From Flectonema sp. DT1601 (Eukaryota), in assembly GCA_964019425.1 (NCBI GenBank), contig OZ025785.1:558001-622000 (forward strand): DNA of 64,000 bases. The letters are read 5' to 3'. The translations under genes were made by a program, and so were the position numbers. The notes under the pieces were generated by a model. The model saw only the letters and a list, made by a program, of their open reading frames with translations. It searched no databases and was not told the origin of the DNA. This document shows, in pieces, positions 55,401 through 64,000 of this stretch (position 1 is its first letter; the number at the start of each line of letters is the position of its first letter).

Positions 55401-56468
55401 GGTTTGAAGAAACTGACTACAATAGGACTTAGATTCTTATATATTTCAAAGTCCCTGACTAGTGTGGACTTGCGTTCCTTTAGTGAGGTAACGATCGTTG
55501 GCGATGACTTTTTTTGCAACTGTGAATCCCTCACCTCCATCGATGTTTCTGTTTTGAAGAAACTGACTAAAATAGGAGATGGATTCTTATATAATTCAAA
55601 GTCTCTGACTAGCGTGGATTTGTCTTCCTTGCATGAAGTTACAAGCATTGGCAGTGACTTTTTTAGTAACTGTGAGTCCCTCACCTCCATCGATGTTTCC
55701 GGTTTAAAAAAGCTGGCAGAAATGAGAACTAGATTCTTATCGTATGAAATTTTGTTCACAGAAAATCCCGACATGTTGTGTGTCTTCGATGCCTCAGAAT
55801 ATATCGACGATGAAGGCACCCTTTCTAGTGATTGTGTTGAGATGCTTCCGTCTTGCATCCGTCGGTTGTCATTCACCAACTGCAGCCGTTGCACTGCATT
55901 TGAAAAGCAGTTCCTGTCAGACAGTTGTGACTCGCTGACGTCAATCGATTTCACTTCTTTTCACAACGTGACGGCCATCCCCAACGAGTTCTTGAGCAAC
56001 TTGGAGTCTCTGACTCACGTGGATTTATCTTCCTTTAGTGAAGTTACGAGTATTGGCGATTCCTTTATTAGTAACTGTGAGTCCCTCACCTCCATCGATG
56101 TTTCCGGTTTTCAGAAACTGACTGGAATAGGATTTGGATTCTTGAATTATTCAAAGTCTCTGACTAGCGTGGACTTGTCATCCTTGAGTGAAGTAACGAG
56201 TATTGACGATCACTTTATTAGTGACTGTGAGTCCCTCACCTCCATCGATGTTTCCGGTTTAAAGAAGCTGACTAAAATAGGAAATGGATTCTTGAATTAT
56301 TCAAAGTCTCTGACTAGCGTGGATTTGTCTTCCTTTGGTGAAGTTACGAGTGTTGGCAATGGCTTTATTGGTAACTGTGAATCCCTCACCTCCATCGATG
56401 TTTCCTATTTGAAGAATCTGACTACATTAAGAAGAGATTTCTTAAAGGCCGCAAACCTAAGGTACTAA
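52434..56468 (+). CDS. BspA-like leucine-rich-repeat protein 2 (1344 aa)
   Basis: N-domain nearly identical to the 45619 gene; same repeat grammar with different repeat order and number. Confidence 0.9.
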   Translation: MATIDSLSSVLRSHQRFMAKLLVEVVRRKEESGALMDSFSEVLRSSEEIMVGMTDAEAATELTTYKEVHRVAREKESAKLVEGSSRLLGTLSLHPDMKCADIGFVKADLKGDGKLELVEDDLRNVFSSTCFPRLLNEDEYFNTLQIGYLGMGETEEGVPAQLRKELFLLLDWPRLSHSSKEEVKSQFDNTSWGAEILRELEDSNNWGTVKRTYKWPERVVTADELRTSHSRTGIDILFAQNPDMLCVFDASEYIDDEGTLSSDCVKMLPSCIRRLSFTNCSRCIAFEKQFLSGSCDSLTSIDFTSFHNVTAIPNKFLNNMKSLTHVDLSSLSEVTIIGYDFINDCRSLTSIDVSGLKKLTVIGDGFLCYLESLTSVDLSSLNEVTRICDDFIKNCESLTSIDVSGLKKLTKIGIGFLQKSKSLTSVDLLSFSKVTSVGGGFISYCESLTSIDVSGLKKLTTIGNGFLCNSGSLTSVEFCSSGEVTIVGDDFIGNCESLTSIDVSGLTKLTTIGSRFLYKSRSLTSVDLSSMIEVRSIGSGFVSNCEFLTSIDVSGLKKLAEMRASSLSYKILFTESPDMLCVFDASEYIDDEGTLSSDCVEMLPSFIRRLSFTNCSRCTEFEKQFLSDSCDSLTSIDFTSFHNVTAIPNKFLNNLKSLTHVDLSSFSEVTSIGDSFIRNCKSLASIDVSGLKKLTVIGDGFLNYSKSLTSMDLSSLSEVTIVGDDFIGGCESLTSIDVSGLKKLTTIGDRFLYNSKSLTHVDLSSLSEVTSIDDYFISNCESLTSIDVSGLKKLTVIGDGFLNYSKSLTSMDLSSLSEVTSIDDYFISYCESLTSIDVSGLKKLTTIGDGFLHNLKSLTSVDLRSFSEVTIVGDDFLCGCESLTSIDVSGLKKLTTIGLRFLYISKSLTSVDLRSFSEVTIVGDYFFCGCESLTSIDVSGLKKLTTIGDGFLHNLKSLTSVDLRSFSEVTIVGDDFLCGCESLTSIDVSGLKKLTTIGLRFLYISKSLTSVDLRSFSEVTIVGDDFFCNCESLTSIDVSVLKKLTKIGDGFLYNSKSLTSVDLSSLHEVTSIGSDFFSNCESLTSIDVSGLKKLAEMRTRFLSYEILFTENPDMLCVFDASEYIDDEGTLSSDCVEMLPSCIRRLSFTNCSRCTAFEKQFLSDSCDSLTSIDFTSFHNVTAIPNEFLSNLESLTHVDLSSFSEVTSIGDSFISNCESLTSIDVSGFQKLTGIGFGFLNYSKSLTSVDLSSLSEVTSIDDHFISDCESLTSIDVSGLKKLTKIGNGFLNYSKSLTSVDLSSFGEVTSVGNGFIGNCESLTSIDVSYLKNLTTLRRDFLKAANLRY

Positions 56469-57028
56469 GGAATATGTTGAGAGATTAAAGGAATGCAGTG
56501 ATAAATAAAGAAAGAAAATATCTTTGTGGTAGTTCTTTTATTCAGACTATTAGTTTGTTTTGGGCTATTTTTGTGGAGCTTTTTTTGAAGTTTTGAAAAC
56601 CCCGCAGGAAAATTATTGTGCTTTCAACTGAGGGTGAACGATCCTCGGTACTGTTCCGGATGTATGGGCATATGGCACATATAGTCGTACATATATAATG
56701 ATGTCGTGAGATAGATTCTTGAATTATCCAAATTCCCTGACTCGGGAATGACCAACAAGTTCTGTTGTTGTTCGGCCTCCGATCCGCCTACTGGCAGAAT
56801 TTCAAGATGCTTAGGTTGCCATACTTAATTCCAGGAATGAATGGAACTTTCTGCTGACAATATGTGTATGCAAATAGGATTATTTTTTTTACTTCTGTTC
56901 AAACAGTTAACCCAAGCTGATGACCATCGAGGTAAAGAGTTTTGTGTACTCTCAAAGAAGTGTTATAATACAATTATATTAAACAATTATCTCTTTTATT
57001 ATTATTACAAAACAGTCCTACTAGCATT

Positions 57029-57724
57029 ATGGAAAGTACGACCGCGGGAGTGATCAGCACTCTCATTTCAGTTATTAGCGTTGTTTTTCGATCTATATTT
57101 TGGTGGGGAGATCGCTTCGGAGCTCTTAACGCCTCTGGTGTGTTGTTGATTACATTTTTAGTAGTACACGCTGCGGGGAACAGTTTAATATTTTTTGGAC
57201 ATGAAAAATTTAATATTTATGGACATCAGGCTGCGAGTAATCCTGCATTAATAATTATAGAATGGTACTTGCTGATAGCTCTGTTGTGGCATGTGGGTGC
57301 AGCGATGTTTATATTGGTTAAGACTAAGAAATATCGTTTAATTGGAAGAGACGTTAGATACACAGCGATGTTTGGATCAGGTTGCATCATGATCGTTTTT
57401 ATATACCAGCATTTGATGGAGATGAGATTTGGAAACTCAGTGACTACGCAATACGATTCATTACCTGAAGTACCCATTCGCAATTTGTATTTGGTACAAA
57501 AAGGTGTTCTCGCATCTGTTGGTCGCACATTATTTTACATTGTGTCCGTATTATTAGTTGGAATTCATTTATTATTTGGTTGGAAAGTTGCGGTTACCCG
57601 ACCGTCAATGTCAATCCCACAAGTACATCGACCTATTGCAATATTATTAGGAAATCTTTTACTTTTTGTTATAATTTCAATTTTTATTGCTGCTACTGTG
57701 TGCACTCACCTTGATTTTGTATAA
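57029..57724 (+). CDS. sdhC: Bacterial-type succinate dehydrogenase/fumarate reductase cytochrome b558 subunit (SdhC b558 family)-like membrane protein
   Basis: SGVLLITFLVVHAAGN..FNIYGH, LLWHV, SGCIMIVFIYQHL..RF, NLY, FYIVSVLLVGIHL..GW; five TM helices and four membrane His. Confidence 0.75.
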   Translation: MESTTAGVISTLISVISVVFRSIFWWGDRFGALNASGVLLITFLVVHAAGNSLIFFGHEKFNIYGHQAASNPALIIIEWYLLIALLWHVGAAMFILVKTKKYRLIGRDVRYTAMFGSGCIMIVFIYQHLMEMRFGNSVTTQYDSLPEVPIRNLYLVQKGVLASVGRTLFYIVSVLLVGIHLLFGWKVAVTRPSMSIPQVHRPIAILLGNLLLFVIISIFIAATVCTHLDFV

Positions 57725-58124
57725 ACAGTTGTTCCATACGTCTTTCTTTGATGAAAAAAGGATAGTATTTCTACCCTTTTTTTCAAGCTTGTTATTCTCA
57801 AAAAAAAAAAAAAAAAAAAGAGAAAAGCATCTGGAAGGAAAATTCTTCGATTTTTTCTACACCCATTTTTTTTTTTTTTGTCTTGTCAATTTGACTCAAG
57901 AAAAATAAAATAAATAAATAAATAAATTTTTTCAACTAAACAACGGAAAAACGTTGCGATAATACAACTAATCACGTAGTGAGTCTTCTACACTGCATAT
58001 ATGGTAAACTGAGAACAAAAAATATTTTCTTTTTTTAAATTGAGAATCAATAATTTCTTTAATTTCTAAAGAAGGAGAAAAAAAACAAAACACACACAAA
58101 AAAAATGATGAACAAGAACCTCAG

Positions 58125-60149
58125 ATGAGCGACACAGAAGGAATCACTGAAGAACCAAATCCGAATGAGTCCAAAGAGCAAATTCTGCAGAAAGATGATG
58201 TAAAAAGTGATGTGGAAAAAGTATCTCAGGAGGAAGTTGAAGAAGAAGAAGAAGAAGAAGAGGAACCCACAGATGAAGAGTTTTTAAGCAAAGAATTATA
58301 CGTAGATTTCAGAACGTTATTTCACACCATGGATGCTGATGGTTCTGAAGAAATTGGATTACGAGAACTAACCAAATCTCTTGATGAAGTTAAACAGTTT
58401 TCAGATATGTTTGGAGTTACTCTGCAGACTGATGCGAAGTGTTTTAAAAAGATTGATAAAGATAGGACGGGATTGATTTCACCGTTTGAGCTGCTCAGGG
58501 TTCTGTTGCCGAACATTCCACAACACAAAATCAAATCTGCGATGCAAAAGTATGAAAAAATTTGGAAAAATGCCTTGGAGATAATAAAATCTGACGAAGC
58601 AGATCAGCAACAATCTGAACAACAATCTCAAACTGAAGAAGATATTGAAGTTGATTCTCAAGCGTCAAGTGCGGGTCCTGATTTCTTACCGAAAGATCTC
58701 TACATAGAATTCAGAGAAATCCTTTACAGTATTGGAACAACAAGATCTAACGAACTGAGGCTTAAATCACTTTGTGATTCTAAAACAGAAGTATCTCAGC
58801 TATCAGATCTTTTCGGAGTTCAGCTTCAGACTGATATCAAAAGTTTAAAAAAGATCGACAAAGACCGGACTGGTCTCATCTCACCGTTCGAGTTATTGAG
58901 GGAGTTCTTACCAGGAATACAACAGCATTTGATTAAATCAGCGATGAAAAAGTATGAACCAGCTTGGAATTCTCACAAAAAAGAATTAATTGCCGCGGCT
59001 GAAGAAGAGGAAGAAGAAGAAGAAGAAGACAACGACAACACAGATGCAGATGAATCTCAAAATGATAATTCAAATCCACTCAATCAGCTCTTAGTTGTTG
59101 ATGTCGATGTTTATTTATATTGTAAACAAGCATTCGAGACTATGGATGAAGACAGAAGCGGTGAAATAGGAATTAGAGAAATTTCTCACTACGTTCGTCA
59201 ACACGGATCTCCCTTTACTGGAAATATTGATTGGAAACTACTGGACAGAGACCGCAACGGATATTGTTCTTATGAAGAATTCTTGAGAGCATCGTACCCA
59301 ACTGAACCAACTTGGAAGATTAAAAAAGACTTAATGGTGTTGTACGAAACACATGGTAAACCAGAAACGATCACAACCAATAAGAAAACTGTTTTAAATC
59401 AAACACGTCTCAGAAAATCAAAGACTCCGGAACCCATCATACTGAGTCAACTCAGTGGAGGCCTTCAAGTAATAAAGGCAACCTCGTATGACAGGAGAAT
59501 TAAGCAATTGGAACATAGGCTTGCTACGGCAGAGAGGGAGCAGCGTGCGTTTGAAAAGGCGAGGAGGCCATTAAGAAATCCGTTATCAGAGGCTCAACAG
59601 TTAAGTCTAAATAACAAACTTTATTATTATCAATTGGAGAGGTTGCAAGAAGCTGAGAAAGTTAGGAATGAAAAACTGTGTGACGAATTGCATCCATCTC
59701 AATTACGATGGTTTAACCACGATAAGTTGTCGACTGATAAAGTCGCAATCCTAAACACTCGTTTGTATGATGATCCAGTCGTTGCTCGTGTTGAAAAACG
59801 ACAACAGTTAGATAGTATTTTACAAGAACCTCTCAGTCCTCAAAAAGTAATTGACTCCGAAGAACTTGTCATATCTGTCGGACGCTTATACACCTCAGAC
59901 ATCGCAAATCGCAAGGAAAGGAGAGAAATCCTTTCCAAAACACTCTGCGGATCGGGTCCAACTCCCCGTGTTTCATCTCCAGAGGCCTGCCTATTATCTT
60001 CAAAGAGACTTTATACCGAGGGTATTGAGAGAAAGAATAAAAAAATTCAGCTACTACGAAAGAAATACATACTCGATGCTCAGTTACCCGTTGTTAAGTT
60101 AAAAAGAGATCAACAAGCAAAGATGATAGGAAGATTAGCTGGAATTTGA
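58125..60149 (+). CDS. EF-hand protein with acidic tracts and C-terminal RLY-type repeats
   Basis: DADGSEEIGLRE, DKDRTGLISPFE (x2), DEDRSGEIGIRE, DRDRNGYCSYEE. Confidence 0.85.
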   Translation: MSDTEGITEEPNPNESKEQILQKDDVKSDVEKVSQEEVEEEEEEEEEPTDEEFLSKELYVDFRTLFHTMDADGSEEIGLRELTKSLDEVKQFSDMFGVTLQTDAKCFKKIDKDRTGLISPFELLRVLLPNIPQHKIKSAMQKYEKIWKNALEIIKSDEADQQQSEQQSQTEEDIEVDSQASSAGPDFLPKDLYIEFREILYSIGTTRSNELRLKSLCDSKTEVSQLSDLFGVQLQTDIKSLKKIDKDRTGLISPFELLREFLPGIQQHLIKSAMKKYEPAWNSHKKELIAAAEEEEEEEEEDNDNTDADESQNDNSNPLNQLLVVDVDVYLYCKQAFETMDEDRSGEIGIREISHYVRQHGSPFTGNIDWKLLDRDRNGYCSYEEFLRASYPTEPTWKIKKDLMVLYETHGKPETITTNKKTVLNQTRLRKSKTPEPIILSQLSGGLQVIKATSYDRRIKQLEHRLATAEREQRAFEKARRPLRNPLSEAQQLSLNNKLYYYQLERLQEAEKVRNEKLCDELHPSQLRWFNHDKLSTDKVAILNTRLYDDPVVARVEKRQQLDSILQEPLSPQKVIDSEELVISVGRLYTSDIANRKERREILSKTLCGSGPTPRVSSPEACLLSSKRLYTEGIERKNKKIQLLRKKYILDAQLPVVKLKRDQQAKMIGRLAGI

Positions 60150-60245
60150 GTGAAAAAAATTACAAAACAAAAAAAAAAAAAGAAGAAAAAAGAAAATATT
60201 TTTTTATTTATGGAGGTCTGACATTCTTGTGGACTTCCTACTCTC

Positions 60246-60277
<32 letters not shown>

Positions 60278-60327
60278 CTCCCTTTCCCTTTCTTCTCGAT
60301 TTATCATTTATTCTCTCAACAAGGAGC

Positions 60328-62247
60328 ATGAGTCTCACAGAGTATGACGTTTTAGCGAAAGTAGGAAACAAAATCCTAACAGCCATAACAGCGGGTGCGG
60401 ATCTCAAAGCGGGATGCGTACGCCACTGTATTCATAAGATGGCAGCAGAACATGCAATTGTAGAATCCGCTTTTGAATTCGTAACCGGTGTCACTTCACC
60501 TGATAACTGGACTACACCAAAAGATACAATTCTAAACAACCTCGTTTCTGGTGTCGACCTCGTCGTTATTTCTGTTTTAAAATTTCAATTGAGACAACTC
60601 CGCTATGGAGAGTTTAAAAGCAAAGATGATCTCAGCAAAGAAATAAATCAAATAACAGGAATTGAAAAACCGCTACACATGAATCTTGTTTTTCCATGGT
60701 GTGAAATGTCATCATCTGGAACTATGAAAGCAACATACGGTTTAAGTGATAGCAGTGAAGTTCATTCACTGTCAATTCCACAGAGAATAGTTCAGATAGA
60801 TGATGGTAGTGATGCGGGATGGACTCTATTCACCGAAGCTACTTTAAAAGCAAAAGGAGTGTCCTACGATACATCGTGCATGATGAGTCACGGATTCAAG
60901 TTTGTTACAGCTACTCCGTTTGGAGACCATTCAGCGGTATTCGCTGGTAGACCTCCTCAGTATTTTGGATCAACCATCCATTCTGGATTTGAGAATAGAT
61001 CAATTGAAGTAAAAGGATTGAATAGAGTTAAAAGGTTCTTCTCAATGGGTTCGAATGAACAAAAATGTTCAAACGCTATTGAAGAAGGCATTCAAGATTT
61101 TATCATAAAGTATAGCAAAAAATCTGAAGAGAAATTGAGATCACAACCACGTGAGTTGATCTTCTCATATGCAGAAGCAGTTTGCAGGTGTTGCATTACA
61201 TTGTTATTTCCTGATGTCTCCAAAAGAAAGGGAGATCAGCTTTCAGAGGCTGTATTCATGTCAGAGATCCCTTCGAACCTTCAAAAAAAGTTCTCCCTTC
61301 CAAACGATTCACTTCTTAATAAAAATATTATTAAAGTTTGCATTGCTTCACTTTGCTCACATAAATGCTCTACGATTGATGAATCGATTTACGTGAGAGG
61401 ATCTGAAGTTCTGGATTTCTCACATCCTGTTTTTAATTTTGTTATAAAGTGTTTAGGAATTCACCCTATTAACACAAACTTATTGACAATGCAAATAAGT
61501 GAAAGTAACGAGTCGGATTTCAGAATGTCTGATTTTGCTGATGTTTGTGAAAAAAATGCTGCCACTCACACTGACACTTCTACTAACACTTTCTACAAAA
61601 TCCGAGACGAAGATAAGCTTTACGAATTTATAAGCAATCGTTCACCTGGGGGTCATTCCATTGCGGAAGTGTTCCCTGATGTCATTCCGTTTTGCTTTAG
61701 CCTTGTGACGAGACCTGATAGTCGAGACTATAGATTGCCTGGATGTACTGCCATCTGTGACTATAATGAAAAAGTTGAATTTCCAAAAGAGATAAACGAA
61801 ACGTTAGTAATATGTATACAACAGATACTAAGTTCTTGGGGTTGTGAACACAATAAAATGTTTGTATTGCCTGGTCGGGATAATCACATGGTCTCATTTC
61901 CTGATTTTCCGATTAACAAGAATCGAGTTCCCAAAATGATCCAGGCGATTCAAGATACTCTAACCACTCAGGGAATAGCTTCTGAGTCTTTCTTTGACAA
62001 GAGATACGAGCCTGTCATCAAGGAAGCAACGTCACTAATGCCTTATCATGAGGTTAGAGGCTTCACTGGTAGTACGCATTTTGCTTTTTGGTCGCATATT
62101 TTTGTAATTCTTCCGGGAGATGATTTCGTTGAAGCTCCGTCTGGTGTTGAGCTGCTTCGGGAGACTTCCAGAAGACGGTATTTCGATATTACATTAGATG
62201 GTGAATTTCCCTCATTCGTAGACAGAATTGAAAATTCAACACCTTAG
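60328..62247 (+). CDS. Hypothetical protein (~640 aa); C-terminal third may be a degenerate AEP/PrimPol-like fold
   Basis: Long ORF with first ATG at 60328; motif resemblance described under findings. Confidence 0.7.
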   Translation: MSLTEYDVLAKVGNKILTAITAGADLKAGCVRHCIHKMAAEHAIVESAFEFVTGVTSPDNWTTPKDTILNNLVSGVDLVVISVLKFQLRQLRYGEFKSKDDLSKEINQITGIEKPLHMNLVFPWCEMSSSGTMKATYGLSDSSEVHSLSIPQRIVQIDDGSDAGWTLFTEATLKAKGVSYDTSCMMSHGFKFVTATPFGDHSAVFAGRPPQYFGSTIHSGFENRSIEVKGLNRVKRFFSMGSNEQKCSNAIEEGIQDFIIKYSKKSEEKLRSQPRELIFSYAEAVCRCCITLLFPDVSKRKGDQLSEAVFMSEIPSNLQKKFSLPNDSLLNKNIIKVCIASLCSHKCSTIDESIYVRGSEVLDFSHPVFNFVIKCLGIHPINTNLLTMQISESNESDFRMSDFADVCEKNAATHTDTSTNTFYKIRDEDKLYEFISNRSPGGHSIAEVFPDVIPFCFSLVTRPDSRDYRLPGCTAICDYNEKVEFPKEINETLVICIQQILSSWGCEHNKMFVLPGRDNHMVSFPDFPINKNRVPKMIQAIQDTLTTQGIASESFFDKRYEPVIKEATSLMPYHEVRGFTGSTHFAFWSHIFVILPGDDFVEAPSGVELLRETSRRRYFDITLDGEFPSFVDRIENSTP

Positions 62248-62328
62248 ACATTCCTGTGGAGCACTCTTATGTGAAAAATGGTCTTAACTTTTTTTTTTAT
62301 TTTTTTTTTATACAGATATTTTAAAACA

Positions 62329-62800
62329 ATGAAGGTATTTTGCACTGTTGTTCTTGCAATGTTGTATGGGTCGTCAGCCCAACAAGATGGTCAGGATTCA
62401 GAATACGGGATGTCATTCACTAAAGAAGAAATGGCGTTCATAATGAAAGAGATTGACGATGGTGACGTATGTTTTTTTTGAGTTGGTATTGTTGACAAAA
62501 AATATAAAAAAAAAATAAAATAAAAAATAACAAAAACCACAGAGTCTGTTGTCTGCCAGTGAAATTGTTACGTGGATGAAAGATGACATTGCGAAAAAGA
62601 TACATATGATGGATGACGATGAGAAAAAGGAATTATCGAACATTGGAGATGAGGAGTTTCTTCTCTCAGCAAACGAAATGATTGCCGAGGGAGACAAGAA
62701 CTCCGACAACCATTTATCTGAAGAAGAATTTTGGACAATTATGACCACGGGTGATGAAGGAGACATGGACCCTGACATCGAACTCGGAGATGAGAACTAA
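62329..62800 (+). CDS. Small secreted/ER acidic EF-hand protein (exons 62329-62466, 62543-62800)
   Basis: Signal peptide MKVFCTVVLAMLYGSSA; a phase-0 intron joins IDDGD|SLLSASE; canonical loop DKNSDNHLSEEE. Confidence 0.8.
62467..62542 (+). other. GT-AG intron
   Basis: GTATG(T)n..AAAAACCACAG; phase 0, in frame. Confidence 0.8.
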
Positions 62801-63526
62801 ACATTTAACTCACGACAGCAATTCATGTCTACGCATGCAATCGCTGCTTTTTTTTTGTTTTGTTCCCCTCAAAAGTCCTTTTGATTATTTTTCAACGCTC
62901 GTAGTTTTTTGTCTGTTTTGATAACAAGAGATTATTCAAAAAAAACAAAAAAAAAAATTTTTTTTTTGGGGGGGGAAGGTGTCACGTGGAGGAAAAAAAA
63001 AAAGAGAGAAAATTTCAAAAAAAAAAAAAAAAAAAACCACCCCAAGCCATACAAGGGGATGATGTTGCGATTTAACCGTACGTAAAGATGTACTGCTTTT
63101 TTTTTTTTTTTTTTTTTTTTGTTCTTTTTTTGGATATTTAGTTATTCCGTATAAAGAAATAAAAAAATATTTGAAAGCCACTCGTATGTTGTTTTTACAC
63201 CCCCCCATTTTTTAAGTAAACATGTATGGTGAATTGCGTTATTATTATTGTATTAATTTTAACCCAGAGGCAAATTATTAATGATATTTACACAGGGGGG
63301 GGGAATACGACCAGACAACTTAATGATAGGACTGATGAGGAGAATCATGAAGTTTTGAACGGATCTCGTACTCTTACCACTCACCTGGTTTCAGGGACTT
63401 TTCCCCTCTTTTTCACAACAGTTTTTGTGAAAAAAGTCTGGAAAATGATACCGTGTAATGTAACAGGTTTTTTCTGATAATTATTTCTTTTTAACTTAAC
63501 AGGAATTGTACCATCAAATCAATGTG

Positions 63527-64000
63527 ATGAGTTCACCTCTCAACAGTACTGGATATGGAAAGAAGAAGACCTTATCATCTCTGGCAACACCAATAGGAAG
63601 TCGGAGATTACGAACTGAATTAGATCAATTTGGGGATTCAACTGACATCTCTGAAGATATTGAAATAACTCACAAGAGTTTTGTGAGGAAGACTGGAAAT
63701 GACAGCATGCTGTTAAATAAACTTTCAGGAGGACGTTCCGACAGTCCTCACCTGAAGTCTAAAAATTCATTCATGTGTCCAATTGGTAACAGAGATGACA
63801 CAATAAGATCCCTTTCAAGATCGAATTTAAAATCATTTGCCAATAAAAAAGAAGAAGACCGAAAGACACGTGCAGAAGAATCAGCCCGAAAACACAAAGA
63901 CGCAAGAGATAGAGCAGAAGCACACAGAAATGAACAAATTGAAATGTTGGAAACACAAGCAAAACTTCAACAAGATAAACGTGACAAGGTTGGGAATGAA
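63527..64000 (+). CDS. Hypothetical protein, 3'-partial (runs off window)
   Basis: ATG at 63527 opens a stop-free frame MSSPLNSTGYGKKK..QQDKRDKVGNE to the edge, shortly after a T-rich tract and AACAG. Confidence 0.7.
   Translation, partial: MSSPLNSTGYGKKKTLSSLATPIGSRRLRTELDQFGDSTDISEDIEITHKSFVRKTGNDSMLLNKLSGGRSDSPHLKSKNSFMCPIGNRDDTIRSLSRSNLKSFANKKEEDRKTRAEESARKHKDARDRAEAHRNEQIEMLETQAKLQQDKRDKVGNE

Noticed and set aside
63330..63356. CTGATGAG as a hammerhead ribozyme core
   Set aside because: No stem II followed by GAAA and no flanking helices.

Overview
AT-rich, intron-poor eukaryotic (protist) nuclear DNA. All ~24 credible protein genes lie on the + strand in one unbroken directional cluster, with poly(T)/poly(A)-rich spacers. 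This organisation is typical of Euglenozoa; a diplomonad-unrelated, diplonemid-like source is my inference, not something the sequence shows. Recognisable housekeeping genes are PIN4/parvulin, SEC13, IMP3 and a papain-family protease. Others include a receptor-like pseudokinase, PDZ, BTB, Kelch, ankyrin, SAM and EF-hand proteins, and a bacterial-type SdhC cytochrome b558. Two expanded families dominate: three modular Cys-rich secreted proteins (two with 31 and 23 copies of a 108-bp unit) and two BspA-like LRR genes. The most striking unexplained structure is at 42-56 kb. Each LRR gene sits in the same cassette: decayed non-LTR retrotransposon fragment, then an inverted fragment of the LRR family's own N-terminal coding sequence, then a shared ~570-bp leader, then the LRR ORF. 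The LRR arrays show identical blocks swapped to non-equivalent positions. Second, seven reconstructable GT-AG introns have U-rich 5' parts and, in six cases, A-rich 3' ends with no polypyrimidine tract. An isolated LSU rRNA fragment is also present. All family calls are by-eye motif recognition; no database searches were run.
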